A stretch of 64,000 nucleotides of DNA from Gemmatimonadota bacterium (GTDB taxonomy: Bacteria; Gemmatimonadota; Gemmatimonadetes; Gemmatimonadales; GWC2-71-9): the NCBI GenBank assembly GCA_039586365.1, contig JBDHKN010000006.1:137402-201401 (forward strand), written 5' to 3'. Each line of letters opens with the position of its first letter. Position 1 is the first letter of the stretch. The position numbers and the translations under genes are program-made. This document shows, piece by piece, positions 1 through 9,981 of the stretch. Below the pieces are notes generated by a model, which did no database searches, was not told the origin of the DNA, and saw only the letters and a list, made by a program, of their open reading frames with translations.

Positions 1-623
1 ATGGTCCCGGGCTTGGCGGGAAGACGACAAACCTGGAACACATATACGGTCGGGTCTCCCCGAACGCTCGTGGCAAGATGGTGTCGCTGGCGACTGAGAC
101 TGAGCGTACGTTGTTTTTCGACTTTCTCCCGGTGGATCTGGGTACCATACGTGGTTTCAAGACACGATTCCATCTGTACACCGTGCCAGGACAGGTCTAC
201 TACAACGCCTCACGCAAGCTCATACTCAAAGGTGTTGACGGGGTCGTCTTCGTGGCGGACAGTCAGATCGAGCGAATGGAAGCAAACATCGAGTCGATGC
301 AGAACCTGTACGACAACATGGCGGAGTACGGTTACGATTTGACGAAGATTCCGTTCGTAGTACAGTACAACAAGCGGGACCTACCCAACTCTGCGCAGGT
401 CTCGGAACTGCAATGTCAGTTGAATCCGGGCTGGCCCGCCGAGGACCCCACCAAGAAGAAGCTCACACCGGACCCGTGGCATCCTGGCGAATATCTGGTA
501 CAGCAGGTCGACGGTATTTGGGTCGAGCGTGCACCATATTTCGAGTCGGTTGCGATAACCGGTGAAGGTGTCTTCGAGACTCTCAAGGCTCTGGCCAAAA
601 CGGTGCTGAAATCACTGAGCTGA
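1..623 (+). CDS. mglA: MglA-family small GTPase (5' end outside window)
   Basis: Frame from nt 3 reads [15 protein letters not shown] (P-loop), then [48 protein letters not shown], as in Myxococcus MglA. The ORF track start at 78 is internal. Confidence 0.95.
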   Translation, partial: GPGLGGKTTNLEHIYGRVSPNARGKMVSLATETERTLFFDFLPVDLGTIRGFKTRFHLYTVPGQVYYNASRKLILKGVDGVVFVADSQIERMEANIESMQNLYDNMAEYGYDLTKIPFVVQYNKRDLPNSAQVSELQCQLNPGWPAEDPTKKKLTPDPWHPGEYLVQQVDGIWVERAPYFESVAITGEGVFETLKALAKTVLKSLS

Positions 624-636
624 GGCTGCCGGTGCG

Positions 637-1299
637 ATGATCTGGACGCTACCCAATATCCTGACGATATGCCGTATCGCGCTGACCCCGGTCATCGCAC
701 TGCTTCCGTTCATCCACGGATACATCCCCAAGATCATCGCCTTTGTTGTTTTCCTCGCTGCAGCAATCAGCGACATATATGATGGGAGACTCGCCCGCGA
801 GCGGGACCAGATAACCGACCTAGGCAAGTTGCTGGATCCACTGGCAGACAAGCTGTTGCTCTTTGCAACGCTAGTCCCGATCTACTGGATCACCAATTAC
901 CGGATGCAGGAGTATGGCATTCCCTGGTGGGGCAATGTTCCCCTGTGGGTCGCGCTCGTCCTCGTCGGGCGCGAACTCCTCATGACGCTGTTTCGACACG
1001 TGGCGCAGAAGAGAGGGGTCGTGATCGCGGCGGCAGGTGCGGGCAAGATCAAAACGATCGTGCAGGATATCTTCATCGGCGCCACGATAGCCTGGTTTGC
1101 ATGGAAGGACATGCGACTTGCATTTGGATGGCAGACTGGCTGGTTCGGTGCTCTGTGGGAACGCTTTCACGGAACTGTGATAGCAGTAACGCTAGCAATA
1201 ACAGTGCTCGTGACTGTCTACTCCCTGGGTGTCTATATCTACAGGTACAGGATGCTCTTCCGTGGGGTACCCTCCGCTGCCCCGGGCGATGGATCTTGA
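637..1299 (+). CDS. pgsA: CDP-alcohol phosphatidyltransferase (PgsA-like)
   Basis: TLPNILT N-terminus and the DxxDGxxAR...GxxLDxxAD motif (SDIYDGRLAR...GKLLDPLADK); multiple TM helices. Confidence 0.88.
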   Translation: MIWTLPNILTICRIALTPVIALLPFIHGYIPKIIAFVVFLAAAISDIYDGRLARERDQITDLGKLLDPLADKLLLFATLVPIYWITNYRMQEYGIPWWGNVPLWVALVLVGRELLMTLFRHVAQKRGVVIAAAGAGKIKTIVQDIFIGATIAWFAWKDMRLAFGWQTGWFGALWERFHGTVIAVTLAITVLVTVYSLGVYIYRYRMLFRGVPSAAPGDGS

Positions 1300-2548
1300 A
1301 GTCGTTACCGTCGGTACTGAGCTATTGCTTGGTTACACCCTAGATTCCAACGCAGCAGACATAGCTCGTTCACTCGCTCCGATCGGCGTTCGTGTCGTCC
1401 GTCGCTCGACCGTCGGAGACGACGAGGCAGCGATCCAGCAGGTCGTGGTCGACTGCCTCGAGCGTACTGGCTTCGTGATATTGACTGGTGGATTGGGCCC
1501 GACGCGGGACGATGTCACGAAAAAGGCTGTGGCGAGAGTCTTCGATGCCCCGCTGGAACTGGATGGCGAGTACCTCGAGCTGTTGCAGGAACGGTTCGCT
1601 CGACTTAGCAGTGGGCCAATGCCCGGGAGCAATCGCAGTCAGGCAGAGATACCACGCGGTGCTGTGGTCCTGACCAACCCAAGAGGTACAGCCCCAGGGC
1701 TGTGGATCGATGGACCCCTTGGCCTCGCCATCCTGCTGCCTGGCATCCCGAACGAAATGCGCGGGATCTTGCAGCGCGAGGTCATTCCACGGATGAGGCA
1801 TCGGCTGTATGAGCAGCACGGGCACCCTCGAGTGACGAAATCCAGGACACTCCGCACTACCGGCGTGTCGGAGTCCAAGCTCGCGGAATGGTTGGCGGCG
1901 CCGGAGGCCACGCTCGGTGCCGTTTCGTTGGCATACCTGCCGGGGATCGATGGCGTGGATTTGAGGCTCACGGCCTGGGAGATGCCAGAACAAGAAGTGG
2001 ACGGTGCTCTCGATTCGGCTGTGGCCCTCCTCCGGCCGGCACTGGGAAGTGACTTCTATGGCGAAGAGGATGTGGATTTGGCGGAGGTAGTGCTGGAACG
2101 ACTGCGCGACGCCGGGTCTTGTCTCGCTGTGGCGGAGTCGTGTACTGGAGGTGGAATGGGTGCTAGACTCACGGCCGTGCCGGGCTCATCTGACGTATTC
2201 GCTGGCGGAGTCATCTCTTACTCCAATACCTCCAAGATCCGCGACCTCGGGGTCTCCGAGCAGCTCATCGAAGAGCATGGTGCGGTGAGCGTACCGGTCG
2301 TGGAGGCGATGGTGCATGGTGTGCGCGACAAGTTCGCAACCGATGCGGCTGTGGCGGCAACGGGTATTGCGGGACCTGGAGGCGGCACCTCGGAGAAGCC
2401 GGTCGGAACCGTATGTGTGGCCGCCTGCTTCCGTGAGCACACCAGGTCGCTCAAGAGGTGGTTTCCGGGCGGGCGGTCTGAAGTGCGTGATCGCAGCGCT
2501 CAGGCCGCGCTTGATCTGATGCGACGGCTGTTGGAGCGCGCCAGCTGA
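1289..2548 (+). CDS. cinA: Competence/damage-inducible protein CinA (MoCF domain + NMN deamidase PncC domain)
   Basis: MDLEVVTVGTELLLG, TGGLGPTRDDVT, NPRGTAPG, then AVAESCTGG, HGAVS, TGIAGPGGG. Start placed at ATG 1289. Confidence 0.95.
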   Translation: MDLEVVTVGTELLLGYTLDSNAADIARSLAPIGVRVVRRSTVGDDEAAIQQVVVDCLERTGFVILTGGLGPTRDDVTKKAVARVFDAPLELDGEYLELLQERFARLSSGPMPGSNRSQAEIPRGAVVLTNPRGTAPGLWIDGPLGLAILLPGIPNEMRGILQREVIPRMRHRLYEQHGHPRVTKSRTLRTTGVSESKLAEWLAAPEATLGAVSLAYLPGIDGVDLRLTAWEMPEQEVDGALDSAVALLRPALGSDFYGEEDVDLAEVVLERLRDAGSCLAVAESCTGGGMGARLTAVPGSSDVFAGGVISYSNTSKIRDLGVSEQLIEEHGAVSVPVVEAMVHGVRDKFATDAAVAATGIAGPGGGTSEKPVGTVCVAACFREHTRSLKRWFPGGRSEVRDRSAQAALDLMRRLLERAS

Positions 2549-2678
2549 GGCCGATCAGTTGCGTTCGTAGTATCTCTGCCATTCTGGCGTGCCGGAATGG
2601 TGTGTTCCTTGCGTGATGTATATTGTCTACGAGTGTAGTTCGTCCACTTTGGAGATGCAGAAGGTATCGGAAAGAGGT

Positions 2679-3329
2679 ATGGTGAAACGAAAGAAGCGCA
2701 AAGCACAAGCTGGTGAGCCGACCGAACCGGTTGAGCAGGTGATGTCAGATGTGGACGAGGCAGTTGAGGCTACAGGGCAAGAGCCGACCACGGGTGAATC
2801 TGGCATCGAGGAAGTGGTCTCGCAGGATGCGCCAGTTGACACCTACGCGGAAGAGTTGGCGCGACTGACTGAAGAGGTCGAAGTGCAGAAGGAGCGCTAC
2901 CTTCGCTTGGCTGCGGAGTTTGACAATTATCGGAAGAGGATGCTACGCGAGCGGGAGGAGACCCGAGCCGTGGCGCAGGGGGACGTGGTAGCCACGATAA
3001 TCGAGTCGCTCGATGATTTGGCGCGGGTTGCGGACCTCGATCCATCTCAGACAAATGCGCAGGATGTCATCGCTGGAGTCGAGCTGGTGGAGCGCAAGCT
3101 ATTGCGTGAGCTGCAGAATGCCGGCCTGGTGCCTATTGGTACAGAAGGGGATCGCTTCAATCCCCACGATCATGAAGCCGTGGCGACCGCGCCGGCACTG
3201 GAGGCGACCCAGGAGGACCACATCGCGGCCGTCCTGCAGACTGGCTATCGCTTTGGTAAGACGTTGTTGAGGCCAGCGCGAGTGCAAGTCTTCGTGACGA
3301 CTGGAACAGACGAAGTGTCCGACGCGTAG
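2679..3329 (+). CDS. grpE: Nucleotide exchange factor GrpE
   Basis: YLRLAAEFDNYRKR, FNPHDHEAV, QTGYRFGKTLLRPARVQV; acidic N-terminus. Start (ATG 2679) is approximate. Confidence 0.93.
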   Translation: MVKRKKRKAQAGEPTEPVEQVMSDVDEAVEATGQEPTTGESGIEEVVSQDAPVDTYAEELARLTEEVEVQKERYLRLAAEFDNYRKRMLREREETRAVAQGDVVATIIESLDDLARVADLDPSQTNAQDVIAGVELVERKLLRELQNAGLVPIGTEGDRFNPHDHEAVATAPALEATQEDHIAAVLQTGYRFGKTLLRPARVQVFVTTGTDEVSDA

Positions 3330-3335
3330 GCGACC

Positions 3336-4427
3336 GTGAGCGGCAAGGATTACTATCAGATTCTGGGGATCTCCGAGAAGGCAACTGGCGAGGAGATCAA
3401 GAAGGCGTATCGGCGATTGGCCAAGAGATACCATCCCGATGCCAATCCCGGCAACGCTGCTGCCGCCGAACGGTTCAAAGAGATTTCGGAAGCCAACACG
3501 GTTCTGAGCGATCCCCAACAGCGCAAGAAGTACGACATGATGCGCAAGTACGGGGCCTTCGCTGGCGGGCCGAAGGCTTGGGGTGCCCGTGCTGGACGTG
3601 CGGGTTCGACTCGGGTAGAGGACTTCGATTTCGGTGGCGGATTCGGTGGGTTCGGGGGTCTGGGCGACATCTTCTCGACGATTTTTGGACGTGGCAAGCG
3701 GCCCGGGGATGTCGAACCTATCGAGCAGGTCGCAGAAGTACCGTTCAAGGTGGCTGCGCTCGGTGGCAAGATCCCCGTCACCGTTTCAGTGAGAGAAGCC
3801 TGTCCTATGTGTGGCGGTTCTGGGGCGGCACCCGGGGCGAGAGTGTCGAGCTGTCAAGAGTGTGGTGGGCGGGGGACTGTCAGCTTCGGACAGGGGAGCT
3901 TCGCTGTGAACAGGCCGTGTCCGGCGTGCCGCGGCCGCGGCCAGGTGGCCAGTGAGGTTTGCGGTAGCTGCACTGGGGATGGGGAGGTGGCGGTGCAGAA
4001 GAAGCTGCGTGTTACGGTGCCGCCGGGAACCGACTCCGGACACAAGGTGCGGCTAAAGGGTCAGGGGCAGCGCAACCCAACAGGAGGGCGGCACGGTGAC
4101 CTAATAGTGACCTTCCAGGTCAAGCCTGACAGGTTCTTCCGGCGAGAAGGCTTGGATATCCTCTGCACGATCCCCCTGAACCTGGTCCAGGCCATATTGG
4201 GTACTAAACTGCACGTCCGGACTATCCATGGACAGAAGGTAGTACTGAGAATCCCACCTGCAACCCAACCAGGCCGCAAGCTGAGGATCAAAGGACAGGG
4301 AATCGAGCGGAACGGACGGCGGGGTGATCAGCTGGTTGAGGTCGCTGTCACCATGCCAGAGAAGCTCAACCCAGAACAGGAGCGGCTGCTCAAGGAGTTC
4401 GCCACTTCAGTTGGGATGAAGTACTAG
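3336..4427 (+). CDS. dnaJ: Chaperone DnaJ (class A)
   Basis: J domain with HPD, G/F-rich region, four CxxCxGxG zinc-finger repeats, C-terminal domain. Confidence 0.96.
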   Translation: MSGKDYYQILGISEKATGEEIKKAYRRLAKRYHPDANPGNAAAAERFKEISEANTVLSDPQQRKKYDMMRKYGAFAGGPKAWGARAGRAGSTRVEDFDFGGGFGGFGGLGDIFSTIFGRGKRPGDVEPIEQVAEVPFKVAALGGKIPVTVSVREACPMCGGSGAAPGARVSSCQECGGRGTVSFGQGSFAVNRPCPACRGRGQVASEVCGSCTGDGEVAVQKKLRVTVPPGTDSGHKVRLKGQGQRNPTGGRHGDLIVTFQVKPDRFFRREGLDILCTIPLNLVQAILGTKLHVRTIHGQKVVLRIPPATQPGRKLRIKGQGIERNGRRGDQLVEVAVTMPEKLNPEQERLLKEFATSVGMKY

Positions 4428-5230
4428 TTTCCGGCAGCTGGGGTGAGCCAGGGAGATGAATCGTCAGGCTCGATATCACCGTATGCCCCAACCGAGAAGG
4501 TCGCGTTGGGACCTTCCTGCCACCTCACAACCTCACCGGTGAACGGCGAGAATCCGTAAACCATGAATCCCTCAAAGCCCTCGCGCCCGGCCAGTATGTT
4601 AGGGCGGCCTCTCGAATCGACTGAGATGTCTGTGATGAACACATTGTCAGCCCACTGCCAATCCACCCTCCACCTTATCTTCCCCATTTCGTTGTAGAGT
4701 GTGACCTTTCGGTGGGGAACGAGGTGCAGCACTCCGCCTTGGTCCGCAACCAGCAAGCCAGTTCGAGGACTGGATTCTATGAGGGCAAAAGTCGAGATGC
4801 TGTCCTCACGAAAAGCCACAAGCCGGTCATCTCTCGTCTCGAGGACTATGCGCCCGTCTGGGAGGACCGCGAACTGGTGCTGAACAGCCGTAATAGAGTC
4901 TACATCGATTCTCTGTTCGACCTCTCCGCCGGCTCCGAAGACTACAATCCAGGCCCGCCCATCGCGCACGTCAGATACGTACAAGCGGCCATCGTGCCAC
5001 TGTAGATGGGTTGGACTGACCAGCTCGTCGATCCCGAGTGTATCTGTCTTGCGAGTGAGCCGATTGAATATTAGAACACCAGGAAGAGTCGGGCGGGAGA
5101 TCGCCAGCACGCTGTCACCCGCCGGGGCGACCGCTCGTCCATCGAGGAAGATCAACTCGGCCTGTGACGGGGCGTCGCACGACTGAAGCAGTGCTCCTGC
5201 CAACAAGGCCAACGGGAAAGAAGAGCGCAT
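4424..5230 (-). CDS. Hypothetical lipoprotein, possible beta-propeller
   Basis: Signal peptide ending LLQSC; repeated beta-strand segments (LYVSD, FAVLPDGRIV, ISVDSRGR). Confidence 0.6.
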   Translation of the reverse strand: MRSSFPLALLAGALLQSCDAPSQAELIFLDGRAVAPAGDSVLAISRPTLPGVLIFNRLTRKTDTLGIDELVSPTHLQWHDGRLYVSDVRDGRAWIVVFGAGGEVEQRIDVDSITAVQHQFAVLPDGRIVLETRDDRLVAFREDSISTFALIESSPRTGLLVADQGGVLHLVPHRKVTLYNEMGKIRWRVDWQWADNVFITDISVDSRGRPNILAGREGFEGFMVYGFSPFTGEVVRWQEGPNATFSVGAYGDIEPDDSSPWLTPAAGN

Positions 5231-5491
5231 TGTTAGGCCCTCGTATTGGTGTCGATGTAGCTGCTGTTACCAAATCTAATAGCTACAAACCACCCGTGCG
5301 GTGATATCAATCTCGTGTGCAAGCGGGGCCACACAGACATCATTGTGGCTGCACGGGTGAGATCAATAGCTTTCGGAACGTGACCGATGTCGGGTAGTGA
5401 AGGCAAGGGACGGCGGAGGCAGGTGTTGGCCGCTCCTGTCGTTCGCTGCTTACCGACCGGCAAAGATCAACTCACCCGAGGAAGCTCGATC

Positions 5492-5917
5492 ATGTCTACC
5501 ATCGCAACCTATCGGCGCTGGACCTTCGAACTTCCAGCAGAGTTCGGACATCGTGACGTTACTGCCGAAGTCCGGGATTTGGTGACAGAGGCCGGCGTCG
5601 AAACAGGGATAGTCTCGGTGCAACTCGTGGGTTCGACCGGTGCCGTCACCACGATAGAGTACGAATCCGGAGCGCTAGAAGACTTGAAACGCGCCCTGGA
5701 TCGTGCGGCGCCCATCGACGCGCACTACGAGCACAATGCTCGCTGGGGAGATGGCAACGGATTTTCGCACGTCCGCTCTGCAATTCTCAAGACAAGCATT
5801 ACGGTGCCGGTCATAGATGGACGCCTGGACCTCGGTACCTGGCAGCAGATTGTGATCATAAACCTCGACAATCGTTCCAGAACCAGAAAAATGACAGTTG
5901 CAGTAGTCGGTGTTTAG
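5492..5917 (+). CDS. yjbQ: YjbQ/UPF0047 family protein
   Basis: GSTGAVTTIEYE, YEHN..WGDGNGFSH, LDLGTWQQI; ATG 5492 follows GAGG. Confidence 0.9.
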   Translation: MSTIATYRRWTFELPAEFGHRDVTAEVRDLVTEAGVETGIVSVQLVGSTGAVTTIEYESGALEDLKRALDRAAPIDAHYEHNARWGDGNGFSHVRSAILKTSITVPVIDGRLDLGTWQQIVIINLDNRSRTRKMTVAVVGV

Positions 5918-5935
5918 TATGAAGACCAACCTTTG

Positions 5936-6292
5936 CTACGAACGTCGTTTCTCTTTGCCGACGAACTTGTTGGCGCCCCAGCTGGTGAGACTCACAATGA
6001 CGGATGCGATGATCGCTGTGGTCAAGCCGTCCGTATGAAAGGTCGGCATGAATCGAGCAACCAATAGCACCATCGCTCCGTTGATGACGAAAATGAAGAG
6101 CCCCAGAGTCAAGAAAGTGATCGGAAACGTCAGAAATACTACGATGGGCCGGACGACCGCATTCACTATGCCGAGTAGAAAGGCTGCGATCAGGAGGGAA
6201 AAAGTAGTATCGAACCTGATGCCACCCAGGAGCTGATCGGCCAACCACAGACCGAACGCGGTAATGAATAAGCGTGCTAGGAAAGATGTCAT
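5936..6292 (-). CDS. 4-TM phage-holin-family (YvlD-like) membrane protein
   Basis: LGIVNAVVRPI..LTFPITFLTLGLF.FVING signature. Confidence 0.85.
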   Translation of the reverse strand: MTSFLARLFITAFGLWLADQLLGGIRFDTTFSLLIAAFLLGIVNAVVRPIVVFLTFPITFLTLGLFIFVINGAMVLLVARFMPTFHTDGLTTAIIASVIVSLTSWGANKFVGKEKRRS

Positions 6293-6387
6293 GATCGAGT
6301 GTCTCTACGACTCATTCGTCCCAGTTGTTTCAAGGGCTGGCAACACGGAATATGTCCGGCCGGCACGCGGTGAGCTGCACTGGAGTC

Positions 6388-6819
6388 TCAGGAAGAGAAC
6401 TCCACTTGATCCACCAAGTGCATGCCCTGAGCCAAGCTCTTGTGGACGGGACAGCGCTGCGCAATCTGGGTAAGGCGCTTCCGTTGGCTGTCGTCGAAAT
6501 TGCCTGCGATACGTACGAAGCTAGTTACTTGCTCGATCTGCCCACCTCTGTCTTTCTCGCAGCCATCACAGTCATCGGCATGCACCCGTTTGAAGTCGTA
6601 CCACGCGGACACCGACTTCAGCGGTATCCCCTTGTGCTTGCAGTACAGTGACAGGGTAATGCACGTGCACGCTGAAAGTGCACCAAGTAGCAACTCGTAT
6701 GGATTGGGAGCTAGGTCGGTGCCCTTGGCCTCAGGCGGTTCGTCTGCTCGCCACGTGTGCCGGCCGTTGGAGATGGTTACCAGCATTCCTGATGTGAGTT
6801 CAGCGGTGACCTTTGTCAT
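6388..6819 (-). CDS. OsmC-family protein
   Basis: ADEP...G.D.APNPYELLLGALSAC and AQRCPVH; start MTKV at 6819 after GGAGAG. Confidence 0.9.
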   Translation of the reverse strand: MTKVTAELTSGMLVTISNGRHTWRADEPPEAKGTDLAPNPYELLLGALSACTCITLSLYCKHKGIPLKSVSAWYDFKRVHADDCDGCEKDRGGQIEQVTSFVRIAGNFDDSQRKRLTQIAQRCPVHKSLAQGMHLVDQVEFSS

Positions 6820-6830
6820 ATGCTCTCCAA

Positions 6831-7598
6831 TCAAATCACTGCTCTCAAGAATGCAACTATTGCACCTGCTGCTCTCTCAGCATGTTCGTGGCGCGTGAAC
6901 AGGTGGTTCGCGTCCGGTATCGCCGCGAACCACCGGGGTTGACGCGCGGCGGAGAATACCTTCTCGCTTTCTTCGATGCCGATTACCTGGTCGGCTGTTC
7001 CGTGGACTACGAGCAGTGGACGCCGCAGATTCGTGATATGGTCGAGCGTGGACTGGCGCCCTAGGTCCTTAAAGAACTCAGCAGATATCTCGAAAGGACG
7101 GCCGGCAATCTTGACGTGGACTCGCCCGCTCGAGAGTGCTGTCTCAATATCATCTTCGTCGAACAAATGCCGCACATGCTCGGCGGTCGAAGGCGCTGCC
7201 ACTGTAGCCACCGCGCGGATCTCGGGAGATTCCCTCGCAGCCAGCAGGGCCGCAGCGCCGCCGAGACTATGTCCGACCAGCGCGCAAGATCCAAAACCCC
7301 GCAGTTGCATGTAGCGTGTTGCGGCTTCCAGATCTCCGACGTTAGTGGTCAGACTGGTCTCGGCAAAATCGCCGTCGCTCTCGCCTAGTCCAGTGAAATC
7401 GAATCGCAGCACGGCGTATCCACCGTCTTCGATACCCGTGGCCAAATTCCGTATGACCTTGTATGACCGCGAGCAGGTGAAGCAGTGAGCCAACACCACG
7501 CCGCCCCGAATATCGCCGTCAGGGATCTGGAGAGAGCCCGATAGGCGGGTCTCAACGCCGTCGAAAGTGACTTCTTCGTGTCTACGGTTCACGGTCAA
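6831..7598 (-). CDS. Alpha/beta hydrolase (type usually fused to OsmC)
   Basis: AHCFTCS, LRFDFTGLGESDGDF, GHSLGG nucleophile elbow, HGTAD, ANHLF. Confidence 0.9.
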   Translation of the reverse strand: MTVNRRHEEVTFDGVETRLSGSLQIPDGDIRGGVVLAHCFTCSRSYKVIRNLATGIEDGGYAVLRFDFTGLGESDGDFAETSLTTNVGDLEAATRYMQLRGFGSCALVGHSLGGAAALLAARESPEIRAVATVAAPSTAEHVRHLFDEDDIETALSSGRVHVKIAGRPFEISAEFFKDLGRQSTLDHITNLRRPLLVVHGTADQVIGIEESEKVFSAARQPRWFAAIPDANHLFTRHEHAERAAGAIVAFLRAVI

Positions 7599-7604
7599 TC
7601 TCTG

Positions 7605-8768
7605 TCATAGCCCCACCGCGGCCCGGTTGATGACGCCACCTCCCAATAGCCGTCCATCCTCCCCGTAGAGTACTCCCGACTGCCCCGGAGTTACTGCACA
7701 CACCGGCTCAGCAAGGTCGAGTGCGAGGTTGCCTTCTTGCGCCGCCTTGCGGTCAGACACACGGGCCGGGACCGGTTTACTTCGGTAGCGGACCTGAACC
7801 ACACATCTGGCGTCTCGATCCAGAGGGGGGCTCAGCCAGTTGACGCCCTCGATCTCGAGGCTGTGGCCGAACAGCTCCGCGCGTGGGCCAATCACGACTT
7901 CGCGAGTCTCGGGTCTTATGGCAGTTACATACATTGGAGTCTTCGAACCACCCGGTAGACCCCGTCTCTGACCAATCGTGTATCTGGCATACCCGCCGTG
8001 TTCGCCCACCACCTCTCCACTGGAAGTGACAATCGGTCCTGGAGTGAGTGCAGGTGAGTCTGCTGGAAGATGTTGCGCCAGTAGAGTCACGTAGTTGTCG
8101 TCAGGCACAAAACAGACTTCGACCGACTCCCTCTTTTCGGCGGTCACGAGACGCAGATCCCGGGCGATCTGTCGGGTTTCCTCCTTCGCGAGGTCACCCA
8201 GCGGAGTCAGCATTCGCTGTACTACGGCCTGGTCGATTCCCCACAAGAAGTACGTCTGATCCTTGTCCGGGTCACGACCGCGATACAGTGCTCCATGTCT
8301 GGCTATCGCGTAGTGACCGGTAGCGATGTAATCGCACCCTAGAGCATCGGCGTGCCCCATGAGATCACGGAACTTGGTGAACGAATTGCAGCGAACACAC
8401 GGGATCGGAGTTCGGCCCCTGGCATACTCAGAGACGAAGTTCTGGATGACATCCCGATTGAACCGATCAGCGAAATCAAGCACGTAGTGGGGTATGCCAA
8501 GACTTGCCGCAACTGACGCCGCGTCGGATATCGACTCCAAGGAACAACAAGGGCGATCCGGGACCTGGTCGCCGTAACAGAAGAGCCTCATGGTGACGCC
8601 GAGTACTTCATATCCCTGCTGGACCAGCAGAGCGGCGGCCACGGAACTGTCGACACCACCGGACATGGCCAGGAGGACCTTGCCACTTGTGCCTTGTCGG
8701 TCCGGGCGATCGCGCAGTATGCCCGTGCGGTGGTGTGCGGTTGACCTCTCCGCAATGCCACCATTCAT
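7605..8768 (-). CDS. mnmA: tRNA 2-thiouridine(34) synthase MnmA
   Basis: AMSGGVDS PP-loop, PCVRCN, IATGHYA, KDQTYFL, YTIGQRRG, TPGQSGV. True start may be slightly downstream. Confidence 0.96.
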   Translation of the reverse strand: MNGGIAERSTAHHRTGILRDRPDRQGTSGKVLLAMSGGVDSSVAAALLVQQGYEVLGVTMRLFCYGDQVPDRPCCSLESISDAASVAASLGIPHYVLDFADRFNRDVIQNFVSEYARGRTPIPCVRCNSFTKFRDLMGHADALGCDYIATGHYAIARHGALYRGRDPDKDQTYFLWGIDQAVVQRMLTPLGDLAKEETRQIARDLRLVTAEKRESVEVCFVPDDNYVTLLAQHLPADSPALTPGPIVTSSGEVVGEHGGYARYTIGQRRGLPGGSKTPMYVTAIRPETREVVIGPRAELFGHSLEIEGVNWLSPPLDRDARCVVQVRYRSKPVPARVSDRKAAQEGNLALDLAEPVCAVTPGQSGVLYGEDGRLLGGGVINRAAVGL

Positions 8769-9934
8769 GGTGCTGCACCGTTCAGCGATCTCAACTTCTG
8801 CACTATGTCTGGCATGACTGCGATAGCACGATCCACATCCTCCGTAGTGTTGTCATGGGAGAACGAGACCCGTACTGCACTCCTGGCAGAATCGGGTGGC
8901 ACTCCCATAGCTCTCAGCACATGGGAATAGGATCCGGTGCCCGTGTTGCAGGCCGATCCGGAAGAGCAGCAGATGCCAGCCTGATCCAAGTGCATCAGGA
9001 TTGATGTGCCATCAGCACCGGGAAACGAGATGTTCGAGATGTGTGGTGCCCGTTGGCTGCCGCCGTTGATCTGGATATTGGCAATTGCACTCCGGAGCCC
9101 GTCCTCCAACTCGTCACGCAGTAGTTTCATGTGCCGGGATGCATTCTGCCGTTCGGCCACCGCCAACTCCACTGCGACTCCCAGTGCCACAATGCCGATG
9201 ACATTCTCAGTACCAGGGCGGACCCCAAGTTGCTGTCCGCCACCATGCAAAAGAGGTTCTATCAGGGTCGCTTCAGGAATGATGAGCGCACCGATTCCCT
9301 TGGGCGCTCCTATCTTGTGCCCCGAGATGGTTGTGAGCACACCGGGAAGCTCGCTGAGATCACAGGGGACCTTTCCCACGGCCTGAACGGCATCGGTGTG
9401 GAAGTGAACGCCGTGGTCGGCGCAAATGGATGCAAGCTCCCCTACGTCCTGTGTCACGCCGGTCTCGTTGTTCACCCACATCACGCTCAATATGGCCGGG
9501 TTCTGCCTGAGCACCTCTTTCACATCATCCGGGGAGACCAGTCCCGAGGAGTCGACAGGTACCGTATGCGATTCGCCGCCCAGGCTCACGACGGCGCTAG
9601 CTGCATCCAGCACGGCCTTGTGCTCGATGCTACTGACCGCAACGCACATGCTCTTATTCCTTCGTGTGGCTGCCAGAGCTGCGCCAATGACCGCGAGGTT
9701 GTCGGCCTCAGTGCCGCCGGACGTGAAAACCACGCCTGGGGGAGGCGTTCCCAGAGCGTCGGCGACTCGTCGCCGAGCATCCTCAACCGCTGCGCGAACA
9801 GTGCGCCCGATGCGATGCGATGAGCTGGGATTGCCGAACTGCTGCCGGTCATCTAGGAACGGCGCAATAGCTGCGCTCACCTCCGGTCTTATGCGCGTTG
9901 TAGCCGCATTGTCGAGGTATGTAATGTGCTCCAT
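8765..9934 (-). CDS. iscS: Cysteine desulfurase (IscS/NifS group I)
   Basis: YLDNAATT, GNPSS, FTSGGTEADN, HTDAVQA, SGHK (PLP lysine), SSGSAC. Confidence 0.92.
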   Translation of the reverse strand: MEHITYLDNAATTRIRPEVSAAIAPFLDDRQQFGNPSSSHRIGRTVRAAVEDARRRVADALGTPPPGVVFTSGGTEADNLAVIGAALAATRRNKSMCVAVSSIEHKAVLDAASAVVSLGGESHTVPVDSSGLVSPDDVKEVLRQNPAILSVMWVNNETGVTQDVGELASICADHGVHFHTDAVQAVGKVPCDLSELPGVLTTISGHKIGAPKGIGALIIPEATLIEPLLHGGGQQLGVRPGTENVIGIVALGVAVELAVAERQNASRHMKLLRDELEDGLRSAIANIQINGGSQRAPHISNISFPGADGTSILMHLDQAGICCSSGSACNTGTGSYSHVLRAMGVPPDSARSAVRVSFSHDNTTEDVDRAIAVMPDIVQKLRSLNGAAP

Positions 9935-9981
9935 AGCGGGAGGAATCTAGGCGGAGGTACGAAGCAGTGGAATGGAGTTGG

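Noticed and set aside
5936..6292. Holin-family gene as evidence of a prophage
   Set aside because: YvlD-type 4-TM proteins are common chromosomal genes, and no endolysin, capsid or integrase genes are present.
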